A stretch of DNA of 64,000 nt from Bacteroidota bacterium (lineage in GTDB: Bacteria > Bacteroidota > Bacteroidia > Palsa-948): assembly GCA_016213405.1 (NCBI GenBank), contig JACRAM010000057.1, forward strand, positions 27,773 to 91,772, written 5' to 3'. The notes beneath the pieces were generated by a model. The model saw only the letters and a list, made by a program, of their open reading frames with translations. It was not told the DNA's origin and did no database searches. Position numbers and translations under genes: made by a program. This document shows positions 27,996 through 38,665 of the stretch, one piece after another (position 1 is the first letter of the stretch; each line of letters opens with the position of its first letter).

Positions 27996-30269
27996 TCACT
28001 CTAAGAGTCTGCGGAGTTTATCTATGGATTCACGGTTTTCAGGAAGGTCAATAGAGTTTGCAACTTTTTGTTTTTCGTGATTGGTAAGATGCCATGAAAG
28101 AGAAATCTTGTCTGGAACTTCATTCTTCAGGTCAAAATCAACAATATCAATCTGCCCGTTGAACCACGAGCTGATAAATTCAATTTCCTGGCTCTGAGTG
28201 AAATCCTGCATATAAAAAAGATTTCCGTAAAAACTTCCTAGAGGGCGGGTGAGAGCACCCATCATAGTGGGCAAAGGATTTTCTTCTATGGGAAACTCTT
28301 TGTGCCTGTCACGGATTTGTATGATGACAACTCCACTGGTATTTGTTTCTATCCAATTTTTGAAAACATATAAATATTTCAACGCCACTTCTATTCCGTA
28401 ATTATCACGCATGCCAGCATCCATTATTTCGATGGCGGGCTCGCTGGGCAGAGAAACTATCGGTGTGATGTAAGGAAAGGTTGAACTCATCCTCAAAACA
28501 CTTGTAAATAAAATGCTGTCGGCACTTTGTTTTCTGAAGAAGCGGGAAAACTCGATCCCATCATTCAGCTGTGTAACATGGAGATTTGCAGTTTTCGCGT
28601 TCTGCGTTAGAAATGAAACAGGAAGTGACGAAACAATAAGCTTTCTTCCGTCATTTACAATCGTTGGAGAAAAAATCATCATCGGCACAATCGCTTCTGA
28701 TTCTACTAATCGGTAATCAAATAATCGCTTTCCTTCAAAAACATTTCCCAGATTTTCATCCATCCGCTCTTCAAAAACATAACCTCTGTCCTTATTGTAC
28801 TTATATTTTCCATAGCTTACTTTTTGTAAAGAAAGAAACCAATCGCTGGTGGCAATGCTGAAGGCAACTGAATTCAAAATATCTTTTGAGACATCAGAGA
28901 GATAATTTTGGCTATAGAGATTTGCTTTGCCCGATTGACTTTGCCAGTAACGTTCACGCAAATAAGCAGCGCCAATCATTCCGCCAGAGGCACCGGTAAT
29001 GAGTGCAATATGTTTCATTAATTCACCTTGCAATAAACTATCTGCAAACTGCAAAGATTGAAAAGTCCACAGGGAAGAACGAAGTCCGCCACCGCTTGTG
29101 CATACTATTACAAACTTTGGTTTTTCATTTTTTTCTAACGTTGATTTCAGGTTTTTCAATCTCCATTTATTCAGAATCTCAATCATATTTTTGAAATCAG
29201 CAGCGGCTGTATCTTTCTGCGAAGCAAATTCATTCAGGCGTTTGTTGTTAAAAATAGCTTTTTCAGTTTCGTAATTTAAACCATATACTTTATTAATGTT
29301 ATTGAAAAAATCAAATTGATATAAATAATTCAGGACAACCATAAACAGAAGAAGTACTACCGGAGCCCATCCTTTAAAAATAGTATACAAGGGAACAGGA
29401 AGCATGATGAGCATAGTGAGCAAAAGAAAAACACTAGCACCTGCGGGGAACATGAGAAAAGGCACTTCACGAAAAAATCCAAATCCGAGCAGCGTGATTA
29501 TTGCAATGGAAGAATATATTCCAGCATTCCTGTAATTCTGGCTAAAAACCTTTTTAAGCATCTCGCGCTTATAGTGCCGCACAGCACGAACCAGACGGAC
29601 GCGAAATAAATTACTCAGATACGTTTCTACATACCAGTCGCGGGATTCTTTTATAAGGTAGGGGTTTTTCCACGAATCACTTCTTTTCTGAAAACGCTGA
29701 AGCAGTTTCGTATCTTTTTCTTCCTGTGGTTTCACACCAAACATTCTGTGAATGTCTTTATTCGTCCTGAAAAAATATAAAAGAGTTACCACCACAAATA
29801 AAGTAAACCCACCAAGAAATCCTCCAACAAAAGTCATAATCTCAGTGACAGAATAAATTTGTTCGCCTCTGAGAAATGAAATAATGTTCCACACATAAAC
29901 AAAAAGGAAAACACACGGAATAATGTAATTATTGATGCAATATTTTGTAAACGGGTGTGAAAGCGTGGCAAGAAAAGGAAAGCGAAAACTGTTAAGTATA
30001 TAACTGGCAATATTGAATGCCATGGTGAATCCTCCGCAGGCAAAGCCAACGATAAAATAAGAAAGTGCAGAAACCTCATCAAGATATTCAGGATTCAGGA
30101 ATAAATAAGGAATTCCATAGCGGGGAGCAAACGACTGGGTAACGATACCAAAAAGCAAACCCCAGATGGAAAGAAGGAGAATATTTTTTTTCAGATGAAG
30201 AAAAAGCAACTGGAATGGGAAAAAGAAAATAAACCGTCTAAAACTTGGATGCAGAAATAATTTTTTCAT
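27996..30269 (-). CDS. Patatin-like phospholipase with a large N-terminal polytopic membrane domain
   Basis: Oxyanion-hole motif CTSGGGLRS and GxSxG nucleophile ITGASGGMIGAAYL. About 350 aa of TM helices precede the patatin domain. Confidence 0.7.
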   Translation of the reverse strand: MKKLFLHPSFRRFIFFFPFQLLFLHLKKNILLLSIWGLLFGIVTQSFAPRYGIPYLFLNPEYLDEVSALSYFIVGFACGGFTMAFNIASYILNSFRFPFLATLSHPFTKYCINNYIIPCVFLFVYVWNIISFLRGEQIYSVTEIMTFVGGFLGGFTLFVVVTLLYFFRTNKDIHRMFGVKPQEEKDTKLLQRFQKRSDSWKNPYLIKESRDWYVETYLSNLFRVRLVRAVRHYKREMLKKVFSQNYRNAGIYSSIAIITLLGFGFFREVPFLMFPAGASVFLLLTMLIMLPVPLYTIFKGWAPVVLLLFMVVLNYLYQFDFFNNINKVYGLNYETEKAIFNNKRLNEFASQKDTAAADFKNMIEILNKWRLKNLKSTLEKNEKPKFVIVCTSGGGLRSSLWTFQSLQFADSLLQGELMKHIALITGASGGMIGAAYLRERYWQSQSGKANLYSQNYLSDVSKDILNSVAFSIATSDWFLSLQKVSYGKYKYNKDRGYVFEERMDENLGNVFEGKRLFDYRLVESEAIVPMMIFSPTIVNDGRKLIVSSLPVSFLTQNAKTANLHVTQLNDGIEFSRFFRKQSADSILFTSVLRMSSTFPYITPIVSLPSEPAIEIMDAGMRDNYGIEVALKYLYVFKNWIETNTSGVVIIQIRDRHKEFPIEENPLPTMMGALTRPLGSFYGNLFYMQDFTQSQEIEFISSWFNGQIDIVDFDLKNEVPDKISLSWHLTNHEKQKVANSIDLPENRESIDKLRRLLE

Positions 30270-30301
30270 ACTCTCTTTTACGGAACAAAACCGAATTAGT
30301 T

Positions 30302-31936
30302 TCAGATTTTCGCTCTGATAATGGCAAGAATTTTTATTTCCATTTTTTTCGCATTATCTTCAATTCTTTTGCCTTTCTGTACAATACTTCGCGCAAAATT
30401 CTTGTCCGATAAACCTTTTGCATTGATTTTCACGTTGAGGTAAGCACCCAGCACCGCGCTTCTAACACAGAGTGCTCCCACTCCTGCGTCAGAAATAGAA
30501 TTAGGATTTCCATATCGCACCATTGCTTCAATGATTTCCATTGACTCATAGCACAACTTCATTACACTGAAAGGAACTTCAGTTGCGTATTTCGTTGCAG
30601 ATTGAATTTCCTTTTCTCTCGCTTTCTTTTCTTCTGCACTGGCTCTCGGCAAACTGAATGCGCTCATGATTTTATTGAAAGCATTTGTATCTTCATCTAC
30701 TAGTTTCAAAAGTTCATCTTTTACTTTCTGCCCTTTCTCAGCCCATTTTGAAAATTCTTCCCACTGCTCGTCCCAGCCTTTCTTGTGTGAAGAAAGATTC
30801 GCCACCATTGTTCCGAGGGAAATTCCAAGCGCACCGATGTATGCTGAAATGCTTCCACCGCCCGGGGCAGGACTTTCACTTGCCGTTTCATCAGCGAAAT
30901 CGCTGAGAGACATTCCGATTAAATTCATTTTGTTTTTGTCTGTGAGTTGATATTCGATTATTCGTTCTTCCGGTTTGAAAGGTTTGAGTTCATCTAACCC
31001 GAGTGACTTCACAGCAATCTTTATTAATTCTTTTTCTGAAATACCGACAGAACGATTTTGTTTTTTCAGAAAATATTTTCCTGCATCAAGTAATGATTGC
31101 AATGGAATTAATCCTACAAGTTCAGAACCAGTCACACGCATTCCCCGATTGTTTGCGCTTTTTACGCATTCATCAAACGCAACGTGAACAGGAGTGATGT
31201 TGATGTTGGTGAGATTCATGCTTACCTGAGCGATTCCGTATTCCGCAATGTACCAGCCGATTCCTTTCACAGCTTTACATGTGCCAGGATGAACTACATC
31301 ATTTACTTTTCTTCCTGCCTCACGAACATCAAATGCAACAGAATTTGCTCTGCGAATAGAAGTCGTATTCAGATTCACATTGTACGCAACTAAAAATTCT
31401 CTTGCGCCAATTACAATTGCTCCTCGTTTTGGATCATATTCTGCCGGACCAAAATCAGGTTTCCATTCTGTTTTTTTAATCTTTTTAAAAAATCCTTCGT
31501 ACTCTCCTTCGCGGATGATAGCAAGATTTTTTCGGGCAGGATTCTTTTGAGCATGTTCATATAAATAAACAGGAATCTTCAATTCTTTTCCTACACGCTC
31601 GGCAAGTATCTGCGCGAACTTCGCAGTCTCTTCCATAGAAATTCCGAAAATGGGAATGAACGGGCAAACATCTGTTGCACCCATGCGGGGATGCTCACCT
31701 TTGTGCTTGCTCATGTCAATGAGTTCTCCTGCTTTTTTGATGGCGTTGAAACATGCTTCAACGCAGACATCGGGTGCTCCGACAAAAGTCACCACCGTTC
31801 TATTCGTTGTTTTGCCCGGATCAACATTCAGAAGTTTTGCACCTTCCACTTTTTTAATCTCGTCAGTGATTTGCTTGATGATGGACAAATCATTTCCTTC
31901 GGAAAAATTGGGAACACATTCAATAAGTTGTTTCAT
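30302..31936 (-). CDS. ftcD: Bifunctional glutamate formimidoyltransferase / formimidoyltetrahydrofolate cyclodeaminase
   Basis: N-terminal MKQLIECVPNFSEGND... formiminotransferase domain (~320 aa) plus a C-terminal cyclodeaminase-like helical domain. Confidence 0.8.
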   Translation of the reverse strand: MKQLIECVPNFSEGNDLSIIKQITDEIKKVEGAKLLNVDPGKTTNRTVVTFVGAPDVCVEACFNAIKKAGELIDMSKHKGEHPRMGATDVCPFIPIFGISMEETAKFAQILAERVGKELKIPVYLYEHAQKNPARKNLAIIREGEYEGFFKKIKKTEWKPDFGPAEYDPKRGAIVIGAREFLVAYNVNLNTTSIRRANSVAFDVREAGRKVNDVVHPGTCKAVKGIGWYIAEYGIAQVSMNLTNINITPVHVAFDECVKSANNRGMRVTGSELVGLIPLQSLLDAGKYFLKKQNRSVGISEKELIKIAVKSLGLDELKPFKPEERIIEYQLTDKNKMNLIGMSLSDFADETASESPAPGGGSISAYIGALGISLGTMVANLSSHKKGWDEQWEEFSKWAEKGQKVKDELLKLVDEDTNAFNKIMSAFSLPRASAEEKKAREKEIQSATKYATEVPFSVMKLCYESMEIIEAMVRYGNPNSISDAGVGALCVRSAVLGAYLNVKINAKGLSDKNFARSIVQKGKRIEDNAKKMEIKILAIIRAKI

Positions 31937-31948
31937 AGTGAAAAAATA

Positions 31949-33205
31949 TTATGCAAAACTAACTATAAATTTTCTCAGTGTATTGTAATTGGATTTTTTA
32001 AATAAAGAATATAATTTTGCTGCTGAAATAAGTGCTAAAAAAATCAACAACGGTTCAATAAGTAATCGGTGTCTTGTTTCAACATAAAAAAAAGCATGAA
32101 AAAGTGACAATGCTACAGGCATGGTCATCAGGATCCATGTTTTTCTAATAAAAAAGCAAGATGTAAATGCAAGAATCAAGATAGTCAAAAAGAAAAATTT
32201 ATAAAAAGGAATGAACTGCTGAATGAAAAATGGGTATTCATTCCCAATCAGTTTTCTGAACATCCAAAAATTCTTCAACTTAAGCAAATAAAGTTTCAAA
32301 TAACCAGATGGGTTTTCTTTAACATTTTTAACAAACTTATTAATAAAAAAATCATTTTGACCAGCTGGAGTAAGAGTGCCAATATAGTTCACGTCTTTTG
32401 TTGACAGCGCACTGTAATAATTCAAACCTGAGTTCAAATAATTACTGCCTTCTGAATCAGGAATTGATCCTTTCCATAAATCCCTGCCAGATGAAGCAAA
32501 TCCAACAATATTATCCTTGTGAAAATTTCTTATCAACCAGGGAGCATTGACAAAACCTGTCACTAAGAAAAGAATAAATGTATTTCGAGTCAAGCGCAAA
32601 AAACCAAAACGATTTTTACTGAGAATCAGAAAAGGCAGAATAGAAATTGCAAGCGTAGTTCTATCCATTACGGCAAAACCAAATGCAATTGCATACAAAA
32701 AAAGATTTTGAAAATTATTTTTTTCTAAAAATCTGAACATCAGAAAATTTAAAAGAGTAAAAAAGAAAAGATTTTCAATGAATGGATGGATTTTTAAAAA
32801 AATGTAATAATTAATAATGGGATGTAGGAGAAAAATAAGTACAGATATTTTCACAATAGTGCCTGAATATTTTTTTAAACTTTCATTCAAATTAAAGACA
32901 CCCAGCCATTTCTGAAATACACATGGCAGCATAAACGCAGTAAGCATGTTAAGAAAAATATGATACAGAATAACACAGAACAGGTTGATATTGCTGATCT
33001 TATAAATCATAAATAACATGAATGGGTAAATAGGAAACTGAAAACTGTAATGACGAGCGCCATCACAATCATAAAAAAAATTACCTGTTTTTAAAAGATT
33101 AACTGCAATATCATGGTCTTCGTAAAGAAAAATATCCTGCTTAATCAATAAACTAAAAATAATTTTTATCGCTGTTAATAATAAAATGATTAGAGTGAAT
33201 CTCAT
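31949..33205 (-). CDS. Polytopic membrane protein, ArnT/PMT-like (GT39/GT83-type) glycosyltransferase fold. Located between ftcD and hutI.
   Basis: More than 10 predicted TM helices, aromatic-rich. 4-nt overlap with hutI. No catalytic motif confirmed. Confidence 0.35.
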   Translation of the reverse strand: MRFTLIILLLTAIKIIFSLLIKQDIFLYEDHDIAVNLLKTGNFFYDCDGARHYSFQFPIYPFMLFMIYKISNINLFCVILYHIFLNMLTAFMLPCVFQKWLGVFNLNESLKKYSGTIVKISVLIFLLHPIINYYIFLKIHPFIENLFFFTLLNFLMFRFLEKNNFQNLFLYAIAFGFAVMDRTTLAISILPFLILSKNRFGFLRLTRNTFILFLVTGFVNAPWLIRNFHKDNIVGFASSGRDLWKGSIPDSEGSNYLNSGLNYYSALSTKDVNYIGTLTPAGQNDFFINKFVKNVKENPSGYLKLYLLKLKNFWMFRKLIGNEYPFFIQQFIPFYKFFFLTILILAFTSCFFIRKTWILMTMPVALSLFHAFFYVETRHRLLIEPLLIFLALISAAKLYSLFKKSNYNTLRKFIVSFA

Positions 33206-34443
33206 GTTTGGATTTTTCCATTAAGGATAACAATGCCAATTAAATCATTCGCAAAAGAATATGGAATGAATGAATAGTCAGGAATTTCTTTGGTAATGAA
33301 AATATTCGCCTGCTTTCCTATGGCAATGCTTCCGTGTGTTGCGGATAAATTCATTGCGAAAGCGGAATTTATTGTTGCTGCATTAATCGCTTCTTCAGGC
33401 GTGAGTTTATAATGAACGCAGGCATGAGCAACCATAAAGTTCATATTTCCGCTTGGAGATGAGCCAGGATTGTAATCAGAAGCAATAGCAAGAGGCAAAC
33501 CAGCGTCAATCATTTTGCGTGCAGGCGGATATTGCAGGCAGAGAAAATACTGCGCACCCGGAAGAATGGTTGGCATAGTTTCGGATTTTTTCAGAAGAGA
33601 AATATCATTGTCATTCACAAATTCAAGATGATCAACTGAAATACCACCGCATTCAACTCCTGCCTCAACTCCACCGCTGTGGCTCAACTGTTCCGCATGA
33701 ACTTTTCCTTTCAGTCCGAATTTATTTGCAGCTGTAAGAATTTTTATCGTGTCTTCTTTCATAAAATAATCTTTCTCGCAGAACACATCGCAATAGTCAG
33801 CCAGTTTTTCTTCTGCGATCTGCGGAAGCATTTCATTTATAATTGCATCAATATATTTTTCTTTTGTCGTGCCTGATGGAACTGCATGTGCACCTAAAAA
33901 AGTTGCTTTAATGGTGAGCGGGGAAAGTGTTTTCAGTTTTTTTATCACGCGCAGCATTTTCAATTCCGATTCAAGAGAAAGTCCGTAACCGCTTTTGATT
34001 TCCACTGCACTAGTTCCGGTCATCATGATTTCATTCAGCCGTTTCAAAGCGGATTGAATCAATTCTTCTTCCGAAGCTTCATTAAGTTTTTTTGCGGAGT
34101 TCAGAATTCCTCCACCACGTTTTGCAATTTCTTCATAACTCAAACCATTTATCCTGTCCACAAATTCTTTTTCGCGCGAGCCGGCAAAAACAATGTGCGT
34201 GTGTGAATCGCACCAGCAGGGAAAAACGAGTTTGTCGGTTGCGTCAATCACCTGCAGACTGCTCCAGTCAGTAATGCCGGGAAAATCTTTCATTTCGCCA
34301 AAATCTGCAATCTTATCATCTTTAATTGCCAGCCATGCGTTTTCAAGACAAGGAAGTTTTTTCATCTCAACGCCAGAAACTTTTTTAATTCCGCTTTCGC
34401 GAACTTGAACGAGTGATTTTATATTTTTTATTAAAATCTTCAT
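33202..34443 (-). CDS. hutI: Imidazolonepropionase
   Basis: Amidohydrolase motifs DSHTHIVFAG, ...HAEQL...DHLEFV... Confidence 0.85.
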   Translation of the reverse strand: MKILIKNIKSLVQVRESGIKKVSGVEMKKLPCLENAWLAIKDDKIADFGEMKDFPGITDWSSLQVIDATDKLVFPCWCDSHTHIVFAGSREKEFVDRINGLSYEEIAKRGGGILNSAKKLNEASEEELIQSALKRLNEIMMTGTSAVEIKSGYGLSLESELKMLRVIKKLKTLSPLTIKATFLGAHAVPSGTTKEKYIDAIINEMLPQIAEEKLADYCDVFCEKDYFMKEDTIKILTAANKFGLKGKVHAEQLSHSGGVEAGVECGGISVDHLEFVNDNDISLLKKSETMPTILPGAQYFLCLQYPPARKMIDAGLPLAIASDYNPGSSPSGNMNFMVAHACVHYKLTPEEAINAATINSAFAMNLSATHGSIAIGKQANIFITKEIPDYSFIPYSFANDLIGIVILNGKIQT

Positions 34444-34496
34444 AGCAGATTGAAGGCGAAGTTAATAAATAGAAGGGATTGTGTATTTTTGCTTCC

Positions 34497-35588
34497 ATGT
34501 CAAACACCCTCGGCAAAATATTTTCACTTACCACTTTTGGAGAATCGCACGGAGTTGCGTTGGGCGGTGTGATTGATGGCTGTCCTGCCGGGTTAGCAAT
34601 TGATTTGGATTTTATTCAATCCGAACTTGACCGCAGAAGACCGGGACAATCCAACATTGTTTCGCAGCGGAAAGAAGGCGACAAAGTAGAATTCCTCTCT
34701 GGAATTTTTGAGGGCAAGACCACAGGAACTCCTATTGGCTTCATCATCAAAAACGAAAATCAAAAACCTCTAGACTACGATCATCTGATTGATGCGTATC
34801 GTCCTTCACACGCAGATTTTACCTACGATAAAAAATACGGCATCCGCGATCACAAAGGCGGAGGAAGAGCATCGGCACGTGCTACTGTTTCAAGTGTTGT
34901 TGGAGGAGCGATTGCAAAACTTCTTCTTAATAAGTCAGGAATTAAAATTTCTGCTTACACTTCGCAAGTTGGAGATATAAAACTTTTGAAAGATTATCAC
35001 ACGCTTGATTTATCTAAGACAGATTCCAACGCAGTGCGTTGTCCCGATGAGTTGATTGCCGACACGATGATTAAAAAAATTGAGCAGGTGAGAAAAGATG
35101 GCGATACGATTGGTGGAGTAATTTCCTGCATCGCGCAAAATATTCCGGTTGGTTTGGGCGAACCCATCTTTGACAAACTTAACGCAGAGTTAGGAAAAGC
35201 AATGCTTGGCATTAACGCAGTGAAAGGTTTTGAAATAGGAAGCGGATTTGAAGGCGTGAAGATGAAAGGAAGCGAGCACAATGACCAATTTCAAATTACG
35301 AATGACAAATTACGAATGACGAATATAAGAACCAAAACAAATTTCTCAGGAGGAATTCAAGGAGGAATTTCCAACGGAGAAGATATTTTTTTCACAGTAG
35401 CGTTCAAACCTGTTGCAACAATTATGCAAAAGCAAATGACAGTGAATTCAAAAGGAGAAGAAGTGGAGTTGATGGGAAAAGGTCGGCATGACCCTTGCGT
35501 TCTTCCCCGTGCGGTGTCGATTGTGGAGGCGATGTGCGCTCTGGTTCTGGCTGACCATTTGCTAAGGCACAGATGCACACAGATGTAA
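34497..35588 (+). CDS. aroC: Chorismate synthase
   Basis: [33 protein letters not shown]...RRPGQS. The track ORF starts 18 nt earlier at 34479. The ATG at 34497 gives the canonical N-terminus. Confidence 0.9.
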   Translation: MSNTLGKIFSLTTFGESHGVALGGVIDGCPAGLAIDLDFIQSELDRRRPGQSNIVSQRKEGDKVEFLSGIFEGKTTGTPIGFIIKNENQKPLDYDHLIDAYRPSHADFTYDKKYGIRDHKGGGRASARATVSSVVGGAIAKLLLNKSGIKISAYTSQVGDIKLLKDYHTLDLSKTDSNAVRCPDELIADTMIKKIEQVRKDGDTIGGVISCIAQNIPVGLGEPIFDKLNAELGKAMLGINAVKGFEIGSGFEGVKMKGSEHNDQFQITNDKLRMTNIRTKTNFSGGIQGGISNGEDIFFTVAFKPVATIMQKQMTVNSKGEEVELMGKGRHDPCVLPRAVSIVEAMCALVLADHLLRHRCTQM

Positions 35589-35594
35589 ACTGAT

Positions 35595-36185
35595 TCAGAA
35601 GGATTTATTTATTAGCCAACTTTTTACAAATTCTTTCGCTTGAGGCAAAAACTGATTGAATTCATTTTCGAATTCGGAATAATACTTTTTCAAATCCTCC
35701 GAGGCAAATTCCATATTTGATTTGAAAGTAGTTCTCCTGCTCATTCCATAAAGCGCATCCCCTATTCCCTCAATGCTTGCATACGAAACAAACAAATTGG
35801 TCCTGAAAGCGTATTTCAGAAACATCAACGACTTTTCAGGAAAATGAAAAACATTTTTTAACATCAGCGAATGAACTTCGTCTGCGTATTGCTCCAGCGG
35901 TTTGCCGGAATAATCCATCCAGTTCTTTGCAAGGAAGTGGTCATAAAAAATATCCACGATAACGCCTGCGTACTTCCTGTAGTTGGGGCGCAGCCGCTCA
36001 ACACTTTTTAAAAATACAGGATGATTGTCAGAATAATAATCAATAGCTCGATGAAGCAGGATTCCTTTTTTGATTCCATCAGGAAACTTCTGATAAGCAC
36101 TTCCCTTCACCGAATCAGCAATGAAGTTGCCGATCATCAGTTGCTCATCGTTGCCGGAGAGATATAAATGCGCGAGGAAGTTCAT
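35595..36185 (-). CDS. acpH: Acyl carrier protein phosphodiesterase
   Basis: MNFLAHLYLSGNDEQLMIGNFIADSVKG is the characteristic AcpH N-terminus. Confidence 0.8.
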   Translation of the reverse strand: MNFLAHLYLSGNDEQLMIGNFIADSVKGSAYQKFPDGIKKGILLHRAIDYYSDNHPVFLKSVERLRPNYRKYAGVIVDIFYDHFLAKNWMDYSGKPLEQYADEVHSLMLKNVFHFPEKSLMFLKYAFRTNLFVSYASIEGIGDALYGMSRRTTFKSNMEFASEDLKKYYSEFENEFNQFLPQAKEFVKSWLINKSF

Positions 36186-36258
36186 AACTCTACGAATGTA
36201 CCATTTAACAAATATTAAATCTTAAATATTACATATTACTTTATATTCGCAAAGAATT

Positions 36259-36990
36259 ATGCTTACGCTTTTCAAAAAAGAAATTCGCGCTTTCCTGAGT
36301 TCCCTCATCGGCTATATTGCCATCTGCGTTTTTCTTTTACTCATCGGATTGTTTTTGTGGATACTTCCAACGGATTCAAACATTCTCAACAACGGATACG
36401 CAGGACTTGACGCACTTTTCTCCCTCGCTCCATGGGTTTTTCTTTTCCTGATTCCTGCCATCACCATGCGTTCATTTGCAGATGAAAAAAAAGCGGGTAC
36501 GATAGAATTTCTTTTAACAAAACCTCTCACCGACTTGCAAATCATCCTCGCAAAATATTTCGCAAGCGTTACACTGGTACTTGTTTCTTTGCTTCCTACT
36601 CTCATTTATTACTACACGATTTACAAACTCGGAAATCCTGTCGGCAATATTGATTCAGGCGGAACATGGGGCTCTTACATCGGGTTGTTTTTTCTGGCTT
36701 CTGCTTTCTCTGCTATAGGAATTTTTGCTTCCTCGCTATCCGATAACCAAATCGTTGCATTCATTCTCGCAGTGTTTCTTTGCTTTTTTCTCTACATCGG
36801 TTTTGAATACATCAGCATGCTTGATTTGTTCGGAAAGGTGGATGATTTTATTCTCTCGCTAGGTATCAACGACCATTATACATCCATGAGCCGCGGGGTA
36901 ATTGATACGCGCGATGTGATTTATTATCTAAGCATAATCGGGATTTTTATTTTACTCACGAAAACAACTCTTGAAAGCCGAAAGTGGTAA
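36259..36990 (+). CDS. gldF: Gliding motility ABC transporter permease GldF (ABC-2 type)
   Basis: Six-TM ABC-2 permease immediately upstream of gldG. Stop TAA overlaps the gldG ATG (TAATG). Confidence 0.75.
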   Translation: MLTLFKKEIRAFLSSLIGYIAICVFLLLIGLFLWILPTDSNILNNGYAGLDALFSLAPWVFLFLIPAITMRSFADEKKAGTIEFLLTKPLTDLQIILAKYFASVTLVLVSLLPTLIYYYTIYKLGNPVGNIDSGGTWGSYIGLFFLASAFSAIGIFASSLSDNQIVAFILAVFLCFFLYIGFEYISMLDLFGKVDDFILSLGINDHYTSMSRGVIDTRDVIYYLSIIGIFILLTKTTLESRKW

Positions 36991-38663
36991 TGAAAAAACG
37001 AAAAGACATAATTCAATTGTTCCTGAGCATCGCCATTATAGTGCTCGTGAATTTCATTGCTACATTTTTCTTTTCCCGCTTTGATTTAACTTCCGACAAA
37101 CGCTACACGCTTTCTCCCGCCACCAAAGCAATGCTCGGAAAACTGGATGACATTATTTATTTTAAAGTTTATTTAGACGGAGATTTGCCCGCAGCATTTG
37201 ACCGTCTGAAAACTTCTACAAAAGAAATGCTGGACGAAATGCGAGTGTACTCACACGGAAACATCGAGTATCAGTTCATAAACCCTCTCGAAAGCAACGA
37301 GAAGAAAAAACAGGATGACATTATCCGCCAGTTGATGCAGAAAGGTCTTGTGCCAACCGATATTCAATTGAATGAAAAGGCGGGAATGACTCAGCAGACA
37401 ATTTTCCCCGCTGCGCTCGCAACTTATCGCACGCGGGAATTTCCGGTGCAGCTCTTCAAAGAGCAAATAGGCACCCCGAGTGATTTACAGCTTAATAATT
37501 CCATCCAATCGCTGGAGTATGAACTCATTTCTGCCATCCGAAAGTTAACCATAAATGTAAAAGAAAAAATAGCTTTTACGGAAGGGCATGGAGAATTAGA
37601 CTCAACCGATGTGGCAGACATTACTACATCTCTTGCCGATTATTACACCATGAGCAGAATTAAACTTGAAGGAAAAATTAAAAATATAGAAGAAATAAAT
37701 AAACTGCAGACCATTATCATTGCGAAGCCTGATTCGGTTTTCTCAGAGCAGAACAAATTCATCATTGACCAGTTCATCATGCAAGGCGGAAAAGTACTTT
37801 GGCTGGTGGATGGCACCTATGCCAGCATGGATAGTTTGACCCGATCTCCGGAAACGTTCGCGCTTGCCATGCCCCTTAATCTCGAAAGCCAGCTCTTCAA
37901 ATACGGTGCGCGCATCAATGCAAACCTTGTGATGGACATGCGCTCTGGTGTTATACCGGTTCCTGTGAACAATAAATACCAACTGTTATCCTGGTTTCAT
38001 TTTCCGTTGCTTGCCCAAAGCAATAATCATCCGATTGTGAATAACATCAATCTTGTGAAAGGAGAATTTACAAGCACTGTTGATACGGTTAGCGTTTCAG
38101 GAATTAAGAAAACATTTTTACTATCAACTTCAAAATACACAAATGTTCAGAATGCTCCTGCGAGAATCGACATCCGAACTATTTTCAAGGAACCCGATGT
38201 CAGATTTTTTAATCAGGCATATAAAACCGTTGCCGTTCTGCTGGAAGGTGAATTTGAATCGCTATATAAAAATCACCCTCTGCCGGGAATTGATTCCATT
38301 CCGGAAATAAAATTCAGGGAAAAAAGTTCTCCCACTAAAATGATTGTAGTGGCAGATGGCGATGTGATAAAAAATGCCGTTCAACATTCCTCTGGCAGGG
38401 CTTATCCCTTGGGGTATGATATTTATTCCAAGCAAACGTATGGAAATAAAAATTTCATCCTGAATGCAGTTAATTATCTTTGCGATGATTCAGGATTGCT
38501 GGAAGTACGCTCACGCGAAATAAAATTAAGAATGATGGACAGGAAAAAAGTTACAGAAGAAAAATTCAAATGGCAGACGATGAATACCGCAGTGCCTCTT
38601 CTTCTTGTGATTGTTTTTGGAATTGTTCAGGCAATTATCCGTAAAAGAAAATTTGCAAATTAA
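36990..38663 (+). CDS. gldG: Gliding motility-associated ABC transporter accessory/substrate-binding protein GldG
   Basis: About 558 aa with N- and C-terminal TM anchors and a large periplasmic domain, in the gldF-gldG arrangement. The track start GTG at 36984 is likely the ATG at 36990. Confidence 0.75.
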   Translation: MKKRKDIIQLFLSIAIIVLVNFIATFFFSRFDLTSDKRYTLSPATKAMLGKLDDIIYFKVYLDGDLPAAFDRLKTSTKEMLDEMRVYSHGNIEYQFINPLESNEKKKQDDIIRQLMQKGLVPTDIQLNEKAGMTQQTIFPAALATYRTREFPVQLFKEQIGTPSDLQLNNSIQSLEYELISAIRKLTINVKEKIAFTEGHGELDSTDVADITTSLADYYTMSRIKLEGKIKNIEEINKLQTIIIAKPDSVFSEQNKFIIDQFIMQGGKVLWLVDGTYASMDSLTRSPETFALAMPLNLESQLFKYGARINANLVMDMRSGVIPVPVNNKYQLLSWFHFPLLAQSNNHPIVNNINLVKGEFTSTVDTVSVSGIKKTFLLSTSKYTNVQNAPARIDIRTIFKEPDVRFFNQAYKTVAVLLEGEFESLYKNHPLPGIDSIPEIKFREKSSPTKMIVVADGDVIKNAVQHSSGRAYPLGYDIYSKQTYGNKNFILNAVNYLCDDSGLLEVRSREIKLRMMDRKKVTEEKFKWQTMNTAVPLLLVIVFGIVQAIIRKRKFAN

Positions 38664-38665
38664 AT

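Noticed and set aside
34479-34496. aroC start at 34479 (MCIFAS...)
   Set aside because: The ATG at 34497 yields the conserved chorismate synthase N-terminus ([19 protein letters not shown]). The 6 extra codons are probably not translated.
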